The position numbers were made by a program, and so were the translations under genes. Shown here piece after piece: positions 13,201-27,010 of a stretch of DNA of 64,000 nucleotides. Source of the stretch: Antedon mediterranea (Eukaryota > Animalia > Echinodermata); NCBI RefSeq assembly GCF_964355755.1, contig NC_092675.1:3033812-3097811 (forward strand), in the 5' to 3' direction. The notes under the pieces are model-generated. The model worked only from the letters and a program-made list of their open reading frames with translations, made no database searches and was not told the DNA's origin. Within the stretch, counting starts at the first letter, position 1; the number at the start of each line of letters is the position of its first letter.

Positions 13201-14422
13201 CTTGAATCCTCTATGGCTTTACCGTATTTGTAACAAAAAAAATATATATCGGCATAAATTTTGTAACCGACGATTATTGACATTATTTAAAAAAAAAAAA
13301 AATAAGAAAATAGATGTAACTACTGTATAGTATTAAAAGTAACAACACTGCTGCTTGGTGGTTGACCTTGTTGTTTGCCAGTAGTTGGTTCAAATCATAT
13401 CACAGTTTCGGTTTCTCTATCTCTATCATTACTTATTCATGTACTTTCTTTGGATGGTTTCAAAATAAAATTTTTTTTAAATAAATGAAAAATCGGTGAT
13501 TGTTTTCTGGACGGTCAAGTAAAACCATGTTTATTAATCCATTGAGTGGTCAAACCATGCAAAACACAGCAGTGTTGAGCCACTTGTAGGTAGGAGTTTC
13601 AGCAATATTATCATCAAACCAGCAGGCCCCTTTTGAAATATACTTATTGAGTTAAAATACCACACAGTTTGAGATTTATTATCCATTTGATTAAGGCGAG
13701 TAAAAATCAATTTATAGCAACATCTTTGCCATTGTGCAAATTGATAATTAAAACCAATCATAGGATTTATTATAATAAAGAGAATTTATGTCAACAATAC
13801 AGAAATGAATTACAGTATTAACTAGTAAAAAAATTGATTCAGAATATGATTAGGGTCAAAGTTCAACATTAAATAAAGATTAGCCAGATTTACTGCACTA
13901 TCTATGGTAGCAATAATTTATAGTTGCTAGGGAGGTATCCATAGAAACCGTAAATTATGTTTCTAATATGCCAAACTGCAGCAATATCAATTTACTTTAG
14001 TTATTTTACAATAAACAATCACAAGATAGAAGAATAATAGATATTAAAACAACATGGTAACATGACTAGAAGCTACTAAACCGAATCTGCTTGGATTTTC
14101 AATAAGCACTATGGTATAAGCGAACATAAAATAAATTATAATATTTGAAGTCCATGTTATCAAATCTAATCAATGCGAAACACAATTTACAATTGCATCA
14201 TCTAGGTTCCTAACATAAATTGAGTTGCATGTTATCTGATCTAAACTAATACATCTAGATTATTTTTTTCTCAAACATTATTCATACCCAGACATTTTGG
14301 ACGTGAATAAATGTTCCTCGAATACCTGGTATAAAAGCAATCTATTGAAATAAACAACAGTAGTAGTAGTCACTCTCATACTGTAGGCCTACATTTAAAA
14401 GTAACACATCCAAATGCCAACT

Positions 14423-15056
14423 TTAAAGACACCTTCCCTGCAATTTTGGACGTTTTTTGGAAAATAATACATATATATCACTTTAAAAACATTAAACCAT
14501 GTCATTCCTTGTCTTAAATGTACGTTTTATGGTAAATTATGATAAAAAGTGAGAAACAATGCACTACCTAAGTAGCTCGCGGCGATCAACCTCTCGTGGA
14601 CGGTCTTAGGCCTAGCCTAGCTAGGCTTAGTTTTGTAGGCCTAGCTGGTAAACATCGGTAACGTACGAACATCATACGCTAGCTATATACCTAGCTTGAC
14701 GTTGTATAGTTGCTGCATTAATTGTCTTTCTATTTTTGCCAGACTCCGTTGATACAAATTGGGGAAAACCCGGTATTTTCGCTGAAAAGTTAGGAGTCTT
14801 CCATTTGTTTTGGCCTCACAATCGATCGAAAAGTGAACGAATTACAGGTGAAAAACAAAAATATCAATCCGCGCGCAATGCATTTTGGGATTTATAGCGG
14901 GCCGCTATAATTATTAGAATCGACTTATTTTTCACATTTTTAACCGTTTAAAGACGAAAAAAGTTATCGCAATAGGACCATATAGTATTATTTTTACATT
15001 AAATATAGTTTGTGATCTTAAATTAGATCTAAAAAACGTAGGGAAGGGGGCTTTAA
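14423..15056. mobile_element. ~630-bp non-autonomous DNA transposon, TTAA TSD, AG...CT termini (Kolobok-like)
   Basis: ttaa-agacaccttccct ... agggaagggggct-ttaa; GC-richer interior. Confidence 0.7.
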
Positions 15057-16239
15057 GTCAATGGCTACCAGATGTCTCTGTGAGACGGTTATTTGAACCA
15101 GTACCAGTACCAGTAACAGTATATACCTAACAATATACACTTGCCATAATTAATATGAGGTCCAATAAAAAATATCCACCTGGCATTAAAATCATTTAAA
15201 TAAAGATGTGTCCACTTGTAGTATACATTAAGATTAAACCACCTAGGGGATTTAGATTATTTCCAACTACCATTTGATAAGATGTTTTCCTGGTATTAGG
15301 ACATTATCACCAAATATAAAAACCAATGGAATAAAAGTGGAATGGAATTAAAATGTTTAACTGTAATTTACAGGTGCGATAAAACTCAGGCCGTATAATT
15401 TTGTTATAAGCTTTGTTGGAAAAAAGGTCATGTCATAATAAAGGTCATAAAGGTCATGTCATAATAAAGGTCATGTCATAATCAAGTATACAATAAATAT
15501 AGAAAGGATCACATAATTATCCCTTTAAATATTTATGTTCTGAATTCACATAGATAACTCTTAAATTTGATGGAATGATAGGAAATTAAATAATACAGAA
15601 AAAGCACATTATGTTGTGACCTACATAGCAATTGCAAACAATCCAAGATCATTTTCCATAGCACTCATTAAAAAATAAGTGACGAAAACATCTCAAGATT
15701 TGTCCAAACATTGTCATTAGCAGGATCGAAAACGTACGAAATCTCTTGGTTGGTAAAACATATTTTGTGCCTATAGCTTACCTGGATAAACCAACAATGG
15801 CCCATGCTCTCCAGAAAGAGGGCTTAGATAAAAAAGTAAAACATTCTTAGAGCACCCCTCTACCACTGGACAAGTACTCAACCACTGTTGGTTTGTGACA
15901 TTTAATACCACACAGAAAACTAAGAAAGTAGATATTGCCACTCACACTTTTCAAATTTATAAAAAGAATTGTTAATCTTAAATGTAACTGTATTAAAGGA
16001 GGGGACACATTTAGATCCTAACAAGGTGTACATAGTGTTAACAGAATATATATCCTATTACTCGTTTCATTGGGTTCCCAATAAATAGGGGTGTCCCAAA
16101 CTACTGCATATATACTTTTTTTATTTTATTTTATTTTATGTCTTTAGGCAATGTGGCCAAGGATTAATTACCAATAGTGAATTAATCACTGTCCTATCAG
16201 ATAGGTGGTAATCACCCTGATACAGGGGCTATTTTGTGA

Positions 16240-16466
16240 ACCAGTTCACCGGGGTAACCCCCTACTCTTTTCGAATAATGAACTGGGTTCTTTAAAGTAC
16301 ACACAGGTTATAACTGTGTACACCTATGGTTTATAGTCCTTATCTGAAAAGACTTGTTACACCACCAGAACTAGGAGCGAGTCGGCCTCGAACCCTTGCC
16401 GATGTTGTTGGCTCTTTAGGTACAGTAAACGGCGCTCCTGCCTTAACCGCTCGGCCATTTGACTCG
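16240..16466 (-). mobile_element. tRNA-derived SINE copy (same family as 24340)
   Basis: Reverse complement of the head and core of the 24340 SINE (ccggggtaaccccctactc; ggtttatagtccttatc; cttaaccgctcggcca). Confidence 0.8.
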
Positions 16467-18641
16467 CTGTGAGTATATACTATACATTTATGCACATGCC
16501 TTGTATATCCTAGCCATTTGATTGGATGATTTATTATTTTCTCACCTTTCAACGATTAAAGGTACTAAACGATTGCGCATACTAAACGTTCAGCTGTTTA
16601 TAAACATTGACTAACTTTGATGTCGTAGGAAGGTAAATAATTTGTGATAGAAATCCAACATGTAGTATGTTTCGTTTACAACTGAGACTCTGCATCCAAA
16701 GGCCTATCACTGTTTTGTATTCATTTTGTATATTTCTTGCCATCCTGACCTTTCCTATTTTCTACTCGGCTTTCAGCTTAGAAAAATATATATTCTCACT
16801 ATTCAACTCATAAAACATTCATTTAATTGTATAATAAATACTCAAAAAGTTTTATAGAAAAGTTAGAAATGCGAGTGGCATTTAAATAAAGTAATAGGAT
16901 AAGATCTTCAGTGTAACAGTATTATATGATGTAATTCTGAAGTATTTGTTAATTAGAACGTATCTTTTAAAGTAAATTTAGCTTAAACCTGCTTCTAAAT
17001 GTTTATGTTCCAAAAGATATTAAAAACATTTTTAAACTTGCTTTTAAATTTTTATGTTTCATTCTCTAATAAATGAAATAAAAACAAAAGATTTTGAAAA
17101 CATTATTTCAGTAAAAATAAATTTACGAGAAACTGCAGTTCTTGAGAATGTGAAAGAATAGTATGACTTCCCTTTGGGAATAAATACTAGAATGACATTC
17201 ATTTTAATAATCCGTCTGCAAAGTCCGGGCATTCAAATTAAGACATAATTCATGGAAAAATCATCAAATGAATCAAGAAGCCTCAGAGTAAATAGAACTA
17301 ATTTATGAGGAATCCCTTTATGAGCCTGCAAAGAAAAATCAACTGACCCAGCGTAATATACATTCCACAATTTGTAGAAGCTTTCAAAATCATTAAAATT
17401 CACAGTTGATTATAGTATCACTGTCAGTATCGTTAATCAAAAGAATAAAACAATATTAAAGATAAAATGAAGAATCAGAATTTGAATAGACCATTTTTCA
17501 GTTTCAGTGAGATTTGTTCTATTTCAACAGAAAGAAAATTAAACAAATGAATGTTTCACTTAAAAAAAGACAAAATTAAAGTCAAATAAAGTTAATTTTA
17601 ACCAAAAACCCATTGTCTGGCAGACGATTTAATTTTATTGCTAAATTACACTCTTTCAGGTAAATAATGATTTATAAAAATCCAATTGCTTTTAATTTAA
17701 ACCTTTTCAGTCAAAATGAATACTAACATTTGTTGTCATTTAGGTTTTCCATTTTATAATTTTAAAAAAGAGATAGAGATAGAAAATTATGTCTTTAAAA
17801 AAACAAATGAAAAACAAAACTATAGTGTCCATGCAACAGGATTGACATTTTAACGACTTATTTATAAAAATTCTCTATTTAACGAGTCGCAAATTATAAT
17901 TTTATATTAACAAGAAGCTTTACAATTTTACTTTCAATCCATAACTTTTCTTTCAAGTTTAATAAATGTCATAATTTCCCTGATTTTACTGAAGCTGCAT
18001 ATACATACATATATATCGGTTTATCCAGGTATTCTAAGCACGAAATAGGCAGTACGCTCTAAATACTATAATAGAAATATCTTTAAACGTTTATTTATAA
18101 CAAACCAAATTGTTTTTGACATTGTCTGATTGGCAAGATATGTTAGAACAGACAAATGGTTCAGTATGCATTAATATCTTATTCATTTCGAATAACAATA
18201 TCTGATTTGTCAAAAATGTCACATGACACGTCTATGTATCAATAATATAATTTGTCTCGAGCATTCATATATTCGGTTCAATCTACCTAATAAAAATTAA
18301 ATCTATGACATATAGAATGATTAAACAGAGAAGATTCCAACCTTATATACACTGATGATAATATATCTGTTAAATAAAAAGATTTGGACTCATATTACTG
18401 ATAAGATTTATAATTCCAAAGGCAAATTACCGAAAGATGACAATGCTATGGGTATCAGTGGCTATACAAATAAACAAGCCAAACCTTAACTACTGTAAAA
18501 CAGTCAGAAAGAATATAATATATATATATTTTATATAAACACATCAGGCAATGAACATTAATTCGAAACCGCTCGGTGATATACTGAAATGTTATTAATT
18601 AATTTGAAACGATGAGGAAATCTGTGAGAATGAGAAAAAGT

Positions 18642-18713
18642 CGCCCCAACCGAGACTCGAACTCAGACCGCCTGCTTGATATGCAGATGTCCTAACCATT
18701 AGACCACTGGTGC
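18642..18713 (-). tRNA. tRNA-like cloverleaf, anticodon ATC (Asp-like); tRNA, pseudogene or SINE head
   Basis: GCACCAG TG GTCT AATGGTTA GGAC A TCTGC ATATCAA GCAGG CGGT CTGAG TTCGAGT CTCGG TTGGGGC G. All four stems pair with one acceptor mismatch. A and B boxes are present and TTTTT follows after 2 nt. Confidence 0.55.
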
Positions 18714-18888
18714 TTTCATGGTATTGTTCAAACTCGATTGGATTCAGACTTTTTACACTCTCGGCATGGTACGGCGGTACATCACTTAGTCCTCAGTTGT
18801 ACGCACGCGCATCAGAGATCAAATTGATATATATTTTTTATAATTAATTTTTAAATGATAAAGATGAGGAAATCTGTGAGAATGAAAA

Positions 18889-19523
18889 GTGGGAACTAGG
18901 CTTAATACGACATGGGTACATTAACATGTCATAGATGGGTACTGTACGTTGCTGGTAGAGCACTTGCATACAAACTTTGATTGCATCCTAGTGGGAACCA
19001 AGCTTAACACATCACTGGTAACTTGTCATAGATGGGTACTGTACGTTGCTGGTAGAGCACTTGCATACAAACTTTGATTGCGTCCTAGTGGGAACCAAGC
19101 TTAACACATCACTGGTAACATGTCATAGATGGGTACTGTACGTTGCAGGTAGAGCACTTGCATACAAACTTTGATTGCGTCCTAGTGGGAACCAAGCTTT
19201 ACACATCACTGGTAACTTGTCATAGATGGGTACTGTACGTTGCTGGTAGAGCACTTGCATACAAACTTTGATTGCGTCCTAGTGGGAACCAAGCTTAACT
19301 CATCACTGGTAACATGTCATAGATGGGTACTGTACGTTGCTGGTAGAGCACTTGCATACAAACTTTGATTGCGTCCTAGTGGGAACCAAGCTTAACACAT
19401 CACTGGTAACTTGTCATAGATGGGTACTGTACGTTGCTGGTAGAGCACTTGCATACAAACTTTGATTGCGTCCTAGTGGGAACCAAGCTTAACACATCAC
19501 TGGTAACTTGTCATAGATGGGTA
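18889..19523. repeat. 97-bp tandem repeat, about 6.5 copies
   Basis: gtcatagatggg recurs at 18928, 19025, 19122 and onward. Confidence 0.95.
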
Positions 19524-19562
19524 TATGTATATCTATATTCTCAATTAAAAACATTTACTCAC

Positions 19563-19642
19563 CAATTAAAAGCTTAGGCCACTGATCCATCCTGGCGGAC
19601 AAACCCTTGTAAAATATTTGATGCAAGAAAAATATTGTTTCA
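19563..19642 (-). CDS. RASGRF: RasGRF coding exon 6 (DH)
   Basis: ttttcag|T...G|gtgagt; 80 nt, phase 2 to 1; ETIFFLHQIFYKGLSARMDQWPKLLI. Confidence 0.95.
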
Positions 19643-20182
19643 CTGAAAAAGAAATTTAAAATTATGAACAAAAATGAAAATATACAATATTAACACAGGA
19701 GAATATTGTATTTTATATCTTAAAACTTTCTTTTGAAGACATTTCTGTTCCCTTAATAAATTTATTACTCGTTATTAAAAATTTACATAATCCTACATCT
19801 GAAAGACAGAAGCAAATTAAGCAGAGTCAAAATGTACACTGTTCATTAATTTTAATATGAAGGGCACGAACAACATTAATGAGTTCCTTTAACATAACTA
19901 CGGTATTTTAATCAAAATTTTCTAAATTATGAAATATATATCTATATTAATATCTCCCATGATGCTATTAAATATAACGATGTTGAAATTTAATAAAGAA
20001 AAACATTCAAATTTTTCCCCTGGTGATATTGATCAAAATTGTTAATCTTAATTAGAAAAAAAGTTTGTTTAACAGCCTGGTATTTACATTTTAATTACTG
20101 TTTTTATTATCAGTAATCATAGAGTATACTCAGTCAAACATAATGATCTCAGAAGTTGGAAATTCATTTGCTGGAATAACAA

Positions 20183-20703
20183 TAGGAACTTTACGAAACA
20201 CAACGACGAATATCCTGTGTTCGCTAAAGCGTAAAATCATATACAGTCAACTTGCCGTTTTATTAATTACGCACCGTTGCGCAAAGACAACAACCGGCAG
20301 TCTCTCTCTCCCCTGTCTTGTGGCGCAGGACCCTTCTGAATCGCTTGGCTCTGGTAATACAGCATAGGCATAGCCTTTCTAGCTAGGGCCACGCATTAAA
20401 ACGCTGCTTTTAACAGTCATTTTAACCCAATAAAAATGTTATTTCAACTATTAAATTAAAAGTTCAAATATTATTTAAAGTTTTGAAAATTCCATGTTTA
20501 AGCGTAATTTTAACTGTATATTTAAGGTTATATATACACTTATATTTCTAATTGTTCTCCGTAAACGGGAAAATGGCAACTTTATCGTTATCAAAAAGAC
20601 GATGGAATTTCACAGTAAGCTTCGCCCACTTTGTTAAAGCTCATGCATAAATTATTCATGATCACCGTCCTATGGCTTCCCATCGTGTTTCGTAAAGTCC
20701 CTA
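20183..20703. mobile_element. ~520-bp MITE
   Basis: taggaactttacgaaacac ... gtgtttcgtaaagtcccta inverted termini. Confidence 0.75.
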
Positions 20704-22069
20704 GTACTGTGCAATATTGTTGCTTTAAATTTTTCATATATCTTTTAAAATTATATTAGATATTTGTTGTCAAAAGAAATAAAATGAAAACTTTATATCA
20801 CCTTCAATTCAACATGATCAACCAATCAAAAAGTTTATTATATCAAGTTAAAAATTTGTATTATCAGGTCCATAAAAATATTATTCTTTTCCGAAAACGT
20901 GAGCGGAAAGAAATCCTATGATAGTTGAGACAATAAATACCCTTGTATACATTACCGCCAGTACATGTATACATATCACCTTTGATATTTGAATGTAATA
21001 ATATTCCTACAGAATTAGTAACGTAACCTACTTTACTTCATCAGACTATCTACCGTATAAATGAAAAAAGTATGAGAATACTGCGAGTACATTTTTTTTG
21101 CAATATTTAGCGCATGTGGGAGTGTATTATGTTGTTTATTTAGGTTAATACTCTTCGTAAACCATGCTTTGAACTTTTAAACATTAGCTACAAAAGAGTT
21201 TGTTCCAATACAGTGGCTTTTTAAAGAGCTTATAGTGAAATATACTGTATATATACATTTTATAATGTACATTAATTAACAGTGGCAGAAATAAATGGAG
21301 GTAAAATATCCTAAATATTGTTGGTACAGTATCAACAGCTTACAGCAGAAAGGTACAATATTTTAAAGACAGATCTCTTGCAAATAAATTGAGATTTTTA
21401 CTATGATGTAGTTGATATTGAACATAATTTATGTGCTGTGAAAAGGGAACCATCGCGCTTATATATTTATGTTATTTCTATTCATTTTCACACCATTTGA
21501 TTAACAAACAGTGGCCCTTACAGGATCGGAAACCCATGTTCTCAAAACCAAATCACAAGACTTGCTTGAGTAGTGACGATATATTGACTGTCAGCAAACA
21601 TTTGAGCTGCAACAGAAATAGATCAAATGACCCTTGCAAGAATGTCAACCACTATAATTGTGCATATCGGAAAGAGTTCTAAAAGTCCTAAAAATATCAA
21701 CAGAGTGTGTTGTTTTTAGTAATAATTACAATTATTGTAATAATTATGTGCAAAGGGTAAAGTAGGTTTATATAGTTATGACATCACATGATAAGAATTT
21801 AATTTGTTTTCAACATTAATTGACATCATCAATGACATCATCGGAGGTGTAATTGCAATAAAAGTAGATCATTCAAAGATTGTAACATTAGTATTAAACG
21901 CAAGTAAGATTTCCTTAACAACAAATTGTACAGTATGTGTTACTAACTAATAAGATTCCCACGCATTTCGTATAATCAAATCAAGTATTAATCATGAAAG
22001 TTAGATACATGAAGGGTGTCTTGATAACCTTGAACATACTAAAAACTGATTCACACCTAGCTATAAATC

Positions 22070-22855
22070 GTGCATGATGATGCAAGATCACAATATGATC
22101 ATAATCATTAAATACCCTGTTTACCAATGTACAAAAGCTATAAGGATTACAATGAGATGCTAGATCACAATCATACTCATTAAAAATCCTGTTCCGTTTC
22201 TATCACAGCAATAAGGGTTGCAAGACGATGCAAGATCACAATATGATCACACTTATTTAAAAACCTTTTCCCTCTCTACTAAAGCTATAGGGGTTGCATG
22301 GAGATTTTAGTTCACAATATTATGATCACATTCATTAAAAAACCTGTCCCCTCTCTACAAAAGTGATAATGGTTGCAAAGAGATGCTACATCACAATATG
22401 ATCACACTCATTAAAAAACCTGTTCACTCTATATTGCAGAAATGTGTGTTGAAAAGAGAGGCTAGATAACAATATGAAACAATGTGAAACCTGTTCACTC
22501 TATATTACAGCAATAAGGGTTGCAAGGTGATGGAAGATCATAATATGATCACACTCATTATAAAACCTGTTCCCTCTCTATCACAGCTATAAATGTTGAA
22601 AGGAGACGGTAGATCACAATATATGATCACACTCATTAAAAAACCTGTTCCCTCTCTACAAAAGCAATAATAGTTGCAAAGAGATGCAATCAGGGTTTTC
22701 AAGGAGATGGTACCGTAGATCACAATATGATCACACTCATTAAAAAAAACCTGTATATCATTCATGGCAATAAGGCTTGCAAGGTGATGCCAGATCATAA
22801 TACGATCACATTCTACTCTATATCAGCTATAAGGGTTGCATGATTGCATGATGCG
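22070..22855. repeat. Degenerate ~70-75-bp tandem repeat, about 10 copies
   Basis: Recurring gatcacaatatgatcacactcattaaaaaacctgttccctctcta...ggttgcaa. Confidence 0.85.
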
Positions 22856-22953
22856 ACAGTACCAATCATATCTTGGCACCTGTGTATGCCTTCTGGGAAC
22901 ACTGAATTTGTACAGCAAACCCTATTTTTAATCTGTATTTGATTTAATTTTAC

Positions 22954-23207
22954 CTGTTTAAGAAAATTGAGTTTACATCTTCATGAGAAATGATTGGTTT
23001 CTTGGCACTGGCAGCCATTTTGAATGGCCTTAAAAAGCAGGACACAAGTAAAGACAACTGTTCCACATATTCACGTTCACTTTCCACCATGTTAAACACA
23101 ATATTGTTCCTTTTCCGCATACTTTCGGCATGTGGGGAACGAATGTAGTCCTGCACGATAGCTTTCCATCGGCGTCGACACAGCCAGCCTCTAAGAAAGC
23201 TCTGAAC
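22954..23207 (-). CDS. RASGRF: RasGRF coding exon 5 (IQ motif and start of DH/RhoGEF domain)
   Basis: tttag|GTT...AG|gtaaaa; 254 nt, phase 0 to 2; [51 protein letters not shown]...IFLN. Confidence 0.97.
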
Positions 23208-24339
23208 CTAAAGTAAAACAATATGAATTGATTATTAAAACAGATGCAGTATATAAAACTAAAGAGGTATTCAATGAATGTTCTACTATGGCTATTATTG
23301 GTCATATTATGTCAGTCATGTATTAGACGACGAGTGTCATGCCTGTGTAGATAGGATTTTTAATGAACTTTTATTCCCAAAAAAGGGACATTTGGATCAT
23401 GCACTATGGACTTGGGGACATCAAAGCTTTTTAAGAAAAGGCTGTTTAGGCCAAACATAGAAGATTTGCCTGCTTCTAGATAGGTAGGATTGGCCAAATT
23501 ATCATGAACTTGGTATATTTACTTTGACTTTCTCTTCTGGTCATATATATGTAGTTTGATAGACTGAGATTAAAAACGCTAGATTACTAATTTAAAACAA
23601 AAATGATTCAAATGAGGTTAAATTAAAAGTGATTAAATTTAAAGTAATTAATGAATTATTCAATTTACTCAATTCTGTAATACTGCAATTAATGCATTTT
23701 AAAATAAATAAATAAATATTAATGAGAACTACTGTAATTATTTATAATTGATTGATTGTAATTTCATTATCCCCTGACTTGATAGTTCATTAGTTGTTCC
23801 ATTAGTTGGTGATCAACTTTCTATAAGCTCTGTAACATTATGTCTCAGTGTGTCACTGTAACTATGAATGTTGAAACAAACGATGCACACGTAACAACTT
23901 TTTACGGTAACAAGTCAGCAATGTACGTAATATCATTTCAGTTTGTGTGCAGCTGTACTGATCTTGATTTTCCTGTAATTAATGTTTAATGTTTGACTTT
24001 ACAGGTATAACATGATTTTAGACATAGTAAATGGGTTAACAACTACAGAAGCATAGGCTAAATATAAATGATTATATGTTTGCTTTAACTATAATATAAG
24101 CATAGAGATAATATAGTGATTTATTATAATATTAATAATAATTTTTTGATTATTATCATTATTATTAAACTACAGTAAAGTACATTTTGTTTAGGTTATT
24201 TAATTTAGCAAGCTATTTTTTGGTATGGTTGACTGCTTCGTAAACTTCTACATTGAAACACTAGGGGACGTCCAAGCTTTTTAGAAAAGGCTGTTTAGGC
24301 CAAACTTAGATAGGTAGGGTTGGTAAAATTACCATGAAT

Positions 24340-24641
24340 GAGTGAGTGGCCGAGCGGTTAAGACAGTGGAACCTTAATTACGTAGCCATAACATCGGCAG
24401 GGGTTCGAGGCTCACTCACTCTATGGTTCTGGTGGTAGAACGAGTTTTCTCTGATAAGGACTATAAACCGTAGGTCCAGTGTACACATCTAGCTCGTGTG
24501 CACTTTAAAGAACCTAGTACATCTTTCGAGACGAGTAGGGGGTTACCCCGGTGTATTAGTACATCACAGCCACTGATCACCAACTGGGCCCTCTGGGAGA
24601 CCAGTCTTTGACTGAAGAGGTTACCCAGTAGAAATATAAAT

Positions 24642-24673
<32 letters not shown>
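24340..24673 (+). mobile_element. Full-length tRNA-derived SINE with Deu/Nin-like core and (AATC)n tail
   Basis: A box TGGCCGAGCGG and B box GGTTCGAGGC. The core gataaggactataaaccgtaggtcc...aaagaacc...gagtagggggttaccccggtgt resembles the DeuSINE domain (from memory). Several other copies occur in the window. Confidence 0.85.
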
Positions 24674-24677
<4 letters not shown>

Positions 24678-26594
24678 TTGGTCCATTTACTTGGACTTTC
24701 TCCTTTGGTCGAATAGTAATAGTTTAAAGTCATGTTTATTGTAGCATAAATGATGACTGCAGTAAAAAAAAGTAGAATAATTTTGTCATGATCTCTAAAT
24801 AGTTATTGTACATCATTCAAACAACCGGAACATAATATTAAAAAAAATTCTCTATGGATGAAAGAATTCACAATCGAAAGTGACAGCCGGAAATGGGAGC
24901 AGAGTTTAAACAAAGATCCATTGATAATTTTTTTCGCTTCATCTGTGTTCATTACCGGTCTATATTTAGACAATCAATACAAATCAATAATCAAAGCAAA
25001 TCATTGAGCTTGTAAAAGCCATTACATCCTGTTTTTAAAAAAAAATTTCTAATAATAATTAAAATTATTTTTTAAAATAGATCAGTGGAATCTATACTGA
25101 AAAAATGAAATAAGATTTTTAGAAAAAGCAGAGTTTTAATTTTTTTATTTAAAAAAAAATTTAATCAGAAAAGATATCTGCAGATACTGCTGTGCTACAT
25201 CGATGTTCTGAGATTCTACATCTATGTATAAAACACGTAATGCTTTTACACGTTCATACTGTACCACGATAACAATTTGTTACAAAATGTCACATTTTGT
25301 ACGATTTTTGTATGTGTGAATCAGATATATTATAAGCACTGAAAGAACAGCCGAAATGACATTACACCTGTTTAGGTAAATATTACCTTTAAATAGCATA
25401 ATAAATAATGCAATCCTATTTGCTGCTAACCAACATGATGTATATTTTACATAAATCACAACACTGCCATTCTGCATTGAGCAAATGATCCATTTTACGC
25501 AAATAATGATTGATGTGTTGAATTAATAATTCATTTAAGAATTGACCTACGTTGTTACTCATTTACAATTCAATAAATTAATATTATAATTATCTAAAGA
25601 TTAAGTGAATTTTATTAGGCAGTGTGGATCTAGAGTACGCTGACATTTGAAATGGATGCCATTATGCATAGTATTTTAGATATACTTTTCCATTCGATGG
25701 GTGTTATTTTCAACAAATTTTCATTTATTGTAAATCTATTTTAGATAGAAAAGACTAATTTAAGTGTATTTTAACAAAATGTGTACATAAATTTTATGTA
25801 CAGTAGATGAGACTAAATTTATTTTTTGTAAACCAATAACTTCATCCTACAGACTGCATGCTCATTTTTTAATATACACCTAAATAAATATAATAAATTA
25901 GCTATATAAATGGGGAGTTGAAATAAAACTTTAAAAGATTAGTTGAACAATAATTAGACAAATAACCACTTTTTTAGTTCGAGACTTTATTACATAATAC
26001 CAAATAAATGTAAATAATTCATGGTTGTAAATGATGCCACTTAGACTAGACTGAAGTGTACTTTCATTTTATTTTTTCCCAGTTTAGCCCAGTCTGTACA
26101 ACTTTAATTTTAATTTATTTTATTTTATTCTTTTCAAAAACTCGGATCCGTCTTCTACTTTTATATTTTATATTTCGTAAAGTTGATCATGTCTATTGCC
26201 GAAATGATTAAAATAAAATAAATAAATAAATAAAGCCTTTGCTTGTGGTAAAAGAAGATTCCATATACCATATTTACGTAAAAGTATTAAATTACTTAAT
26301 TTATTATATTTATTTCAAAGACACGCAATTTCAAAGCCAGTTTTGGCTTGAGGTAATAAAGACAATTTCATATATCATCATAAATTAGTGTCAAATCTAT
26401 TTAATATCTGATTGGCGAGAACCTTGCCTTAAAATATTACCAGAAGTATTCTTTTTCTATTATTACTGTACCTCTTTATTCCAAGGGAATGGCTTATGCA
26501 AATTTAATCAGAAAGGCTAAATACAAAATAAGATTATTTTATAATTACCTTTAATATCTTTATCACGTTTAGAAACACAAAATAGGAAGACTTT

Positions 26595-26988
26595 TTAAAG
26601 GATAGCTCCTGGTTGGAAGTTTTTATTGTTTATTATAAATGCACTATATATTCACCATTTATTATTAATATTATAATATTATTAATATTATTATTAATAA
26701 AAATAGTTTGCTTTACTCTGTCAAATTTATTATTCTTTCAATTTATATAATTATTTTCCCTACGAAAAATGCATTAAATTTACATTAACAAAATGTCAAT
26801 TTTGGTGAATTATCTTATAACATTACAAAAAAGTCCTAAGCACCACTTAAAAAAAGCCTTATTTCACAATAATTGTTCTGCTTTTTACCTCTAATAAAAA
26901 ACAAATAGGGTTATTATAATGCAATTAATTGAAAATGTGTTTTATAATATTAATAAACAATAAAAAAAAATCTTGAGCTACCCTTTAA
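26595..26988. mobile_element. ~390-bp MITE, TTAA TSD (Kolobok-like)
   Basis: ttaa-aggatagctc...tttttattgtttatta / taataaacaataaaaa...gagctaccct-ttaa. Confidence 0.65.
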
Positions 26989-27010
26989 ATAAAATTATTT
27001 TCTAAATTAC

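Noticed and set aside
23030-23305. 91-aa alternative-frame ORF over exon 5
   Set aside because: Out-of-frame shadow of the RasGRF exon extending into the intron.
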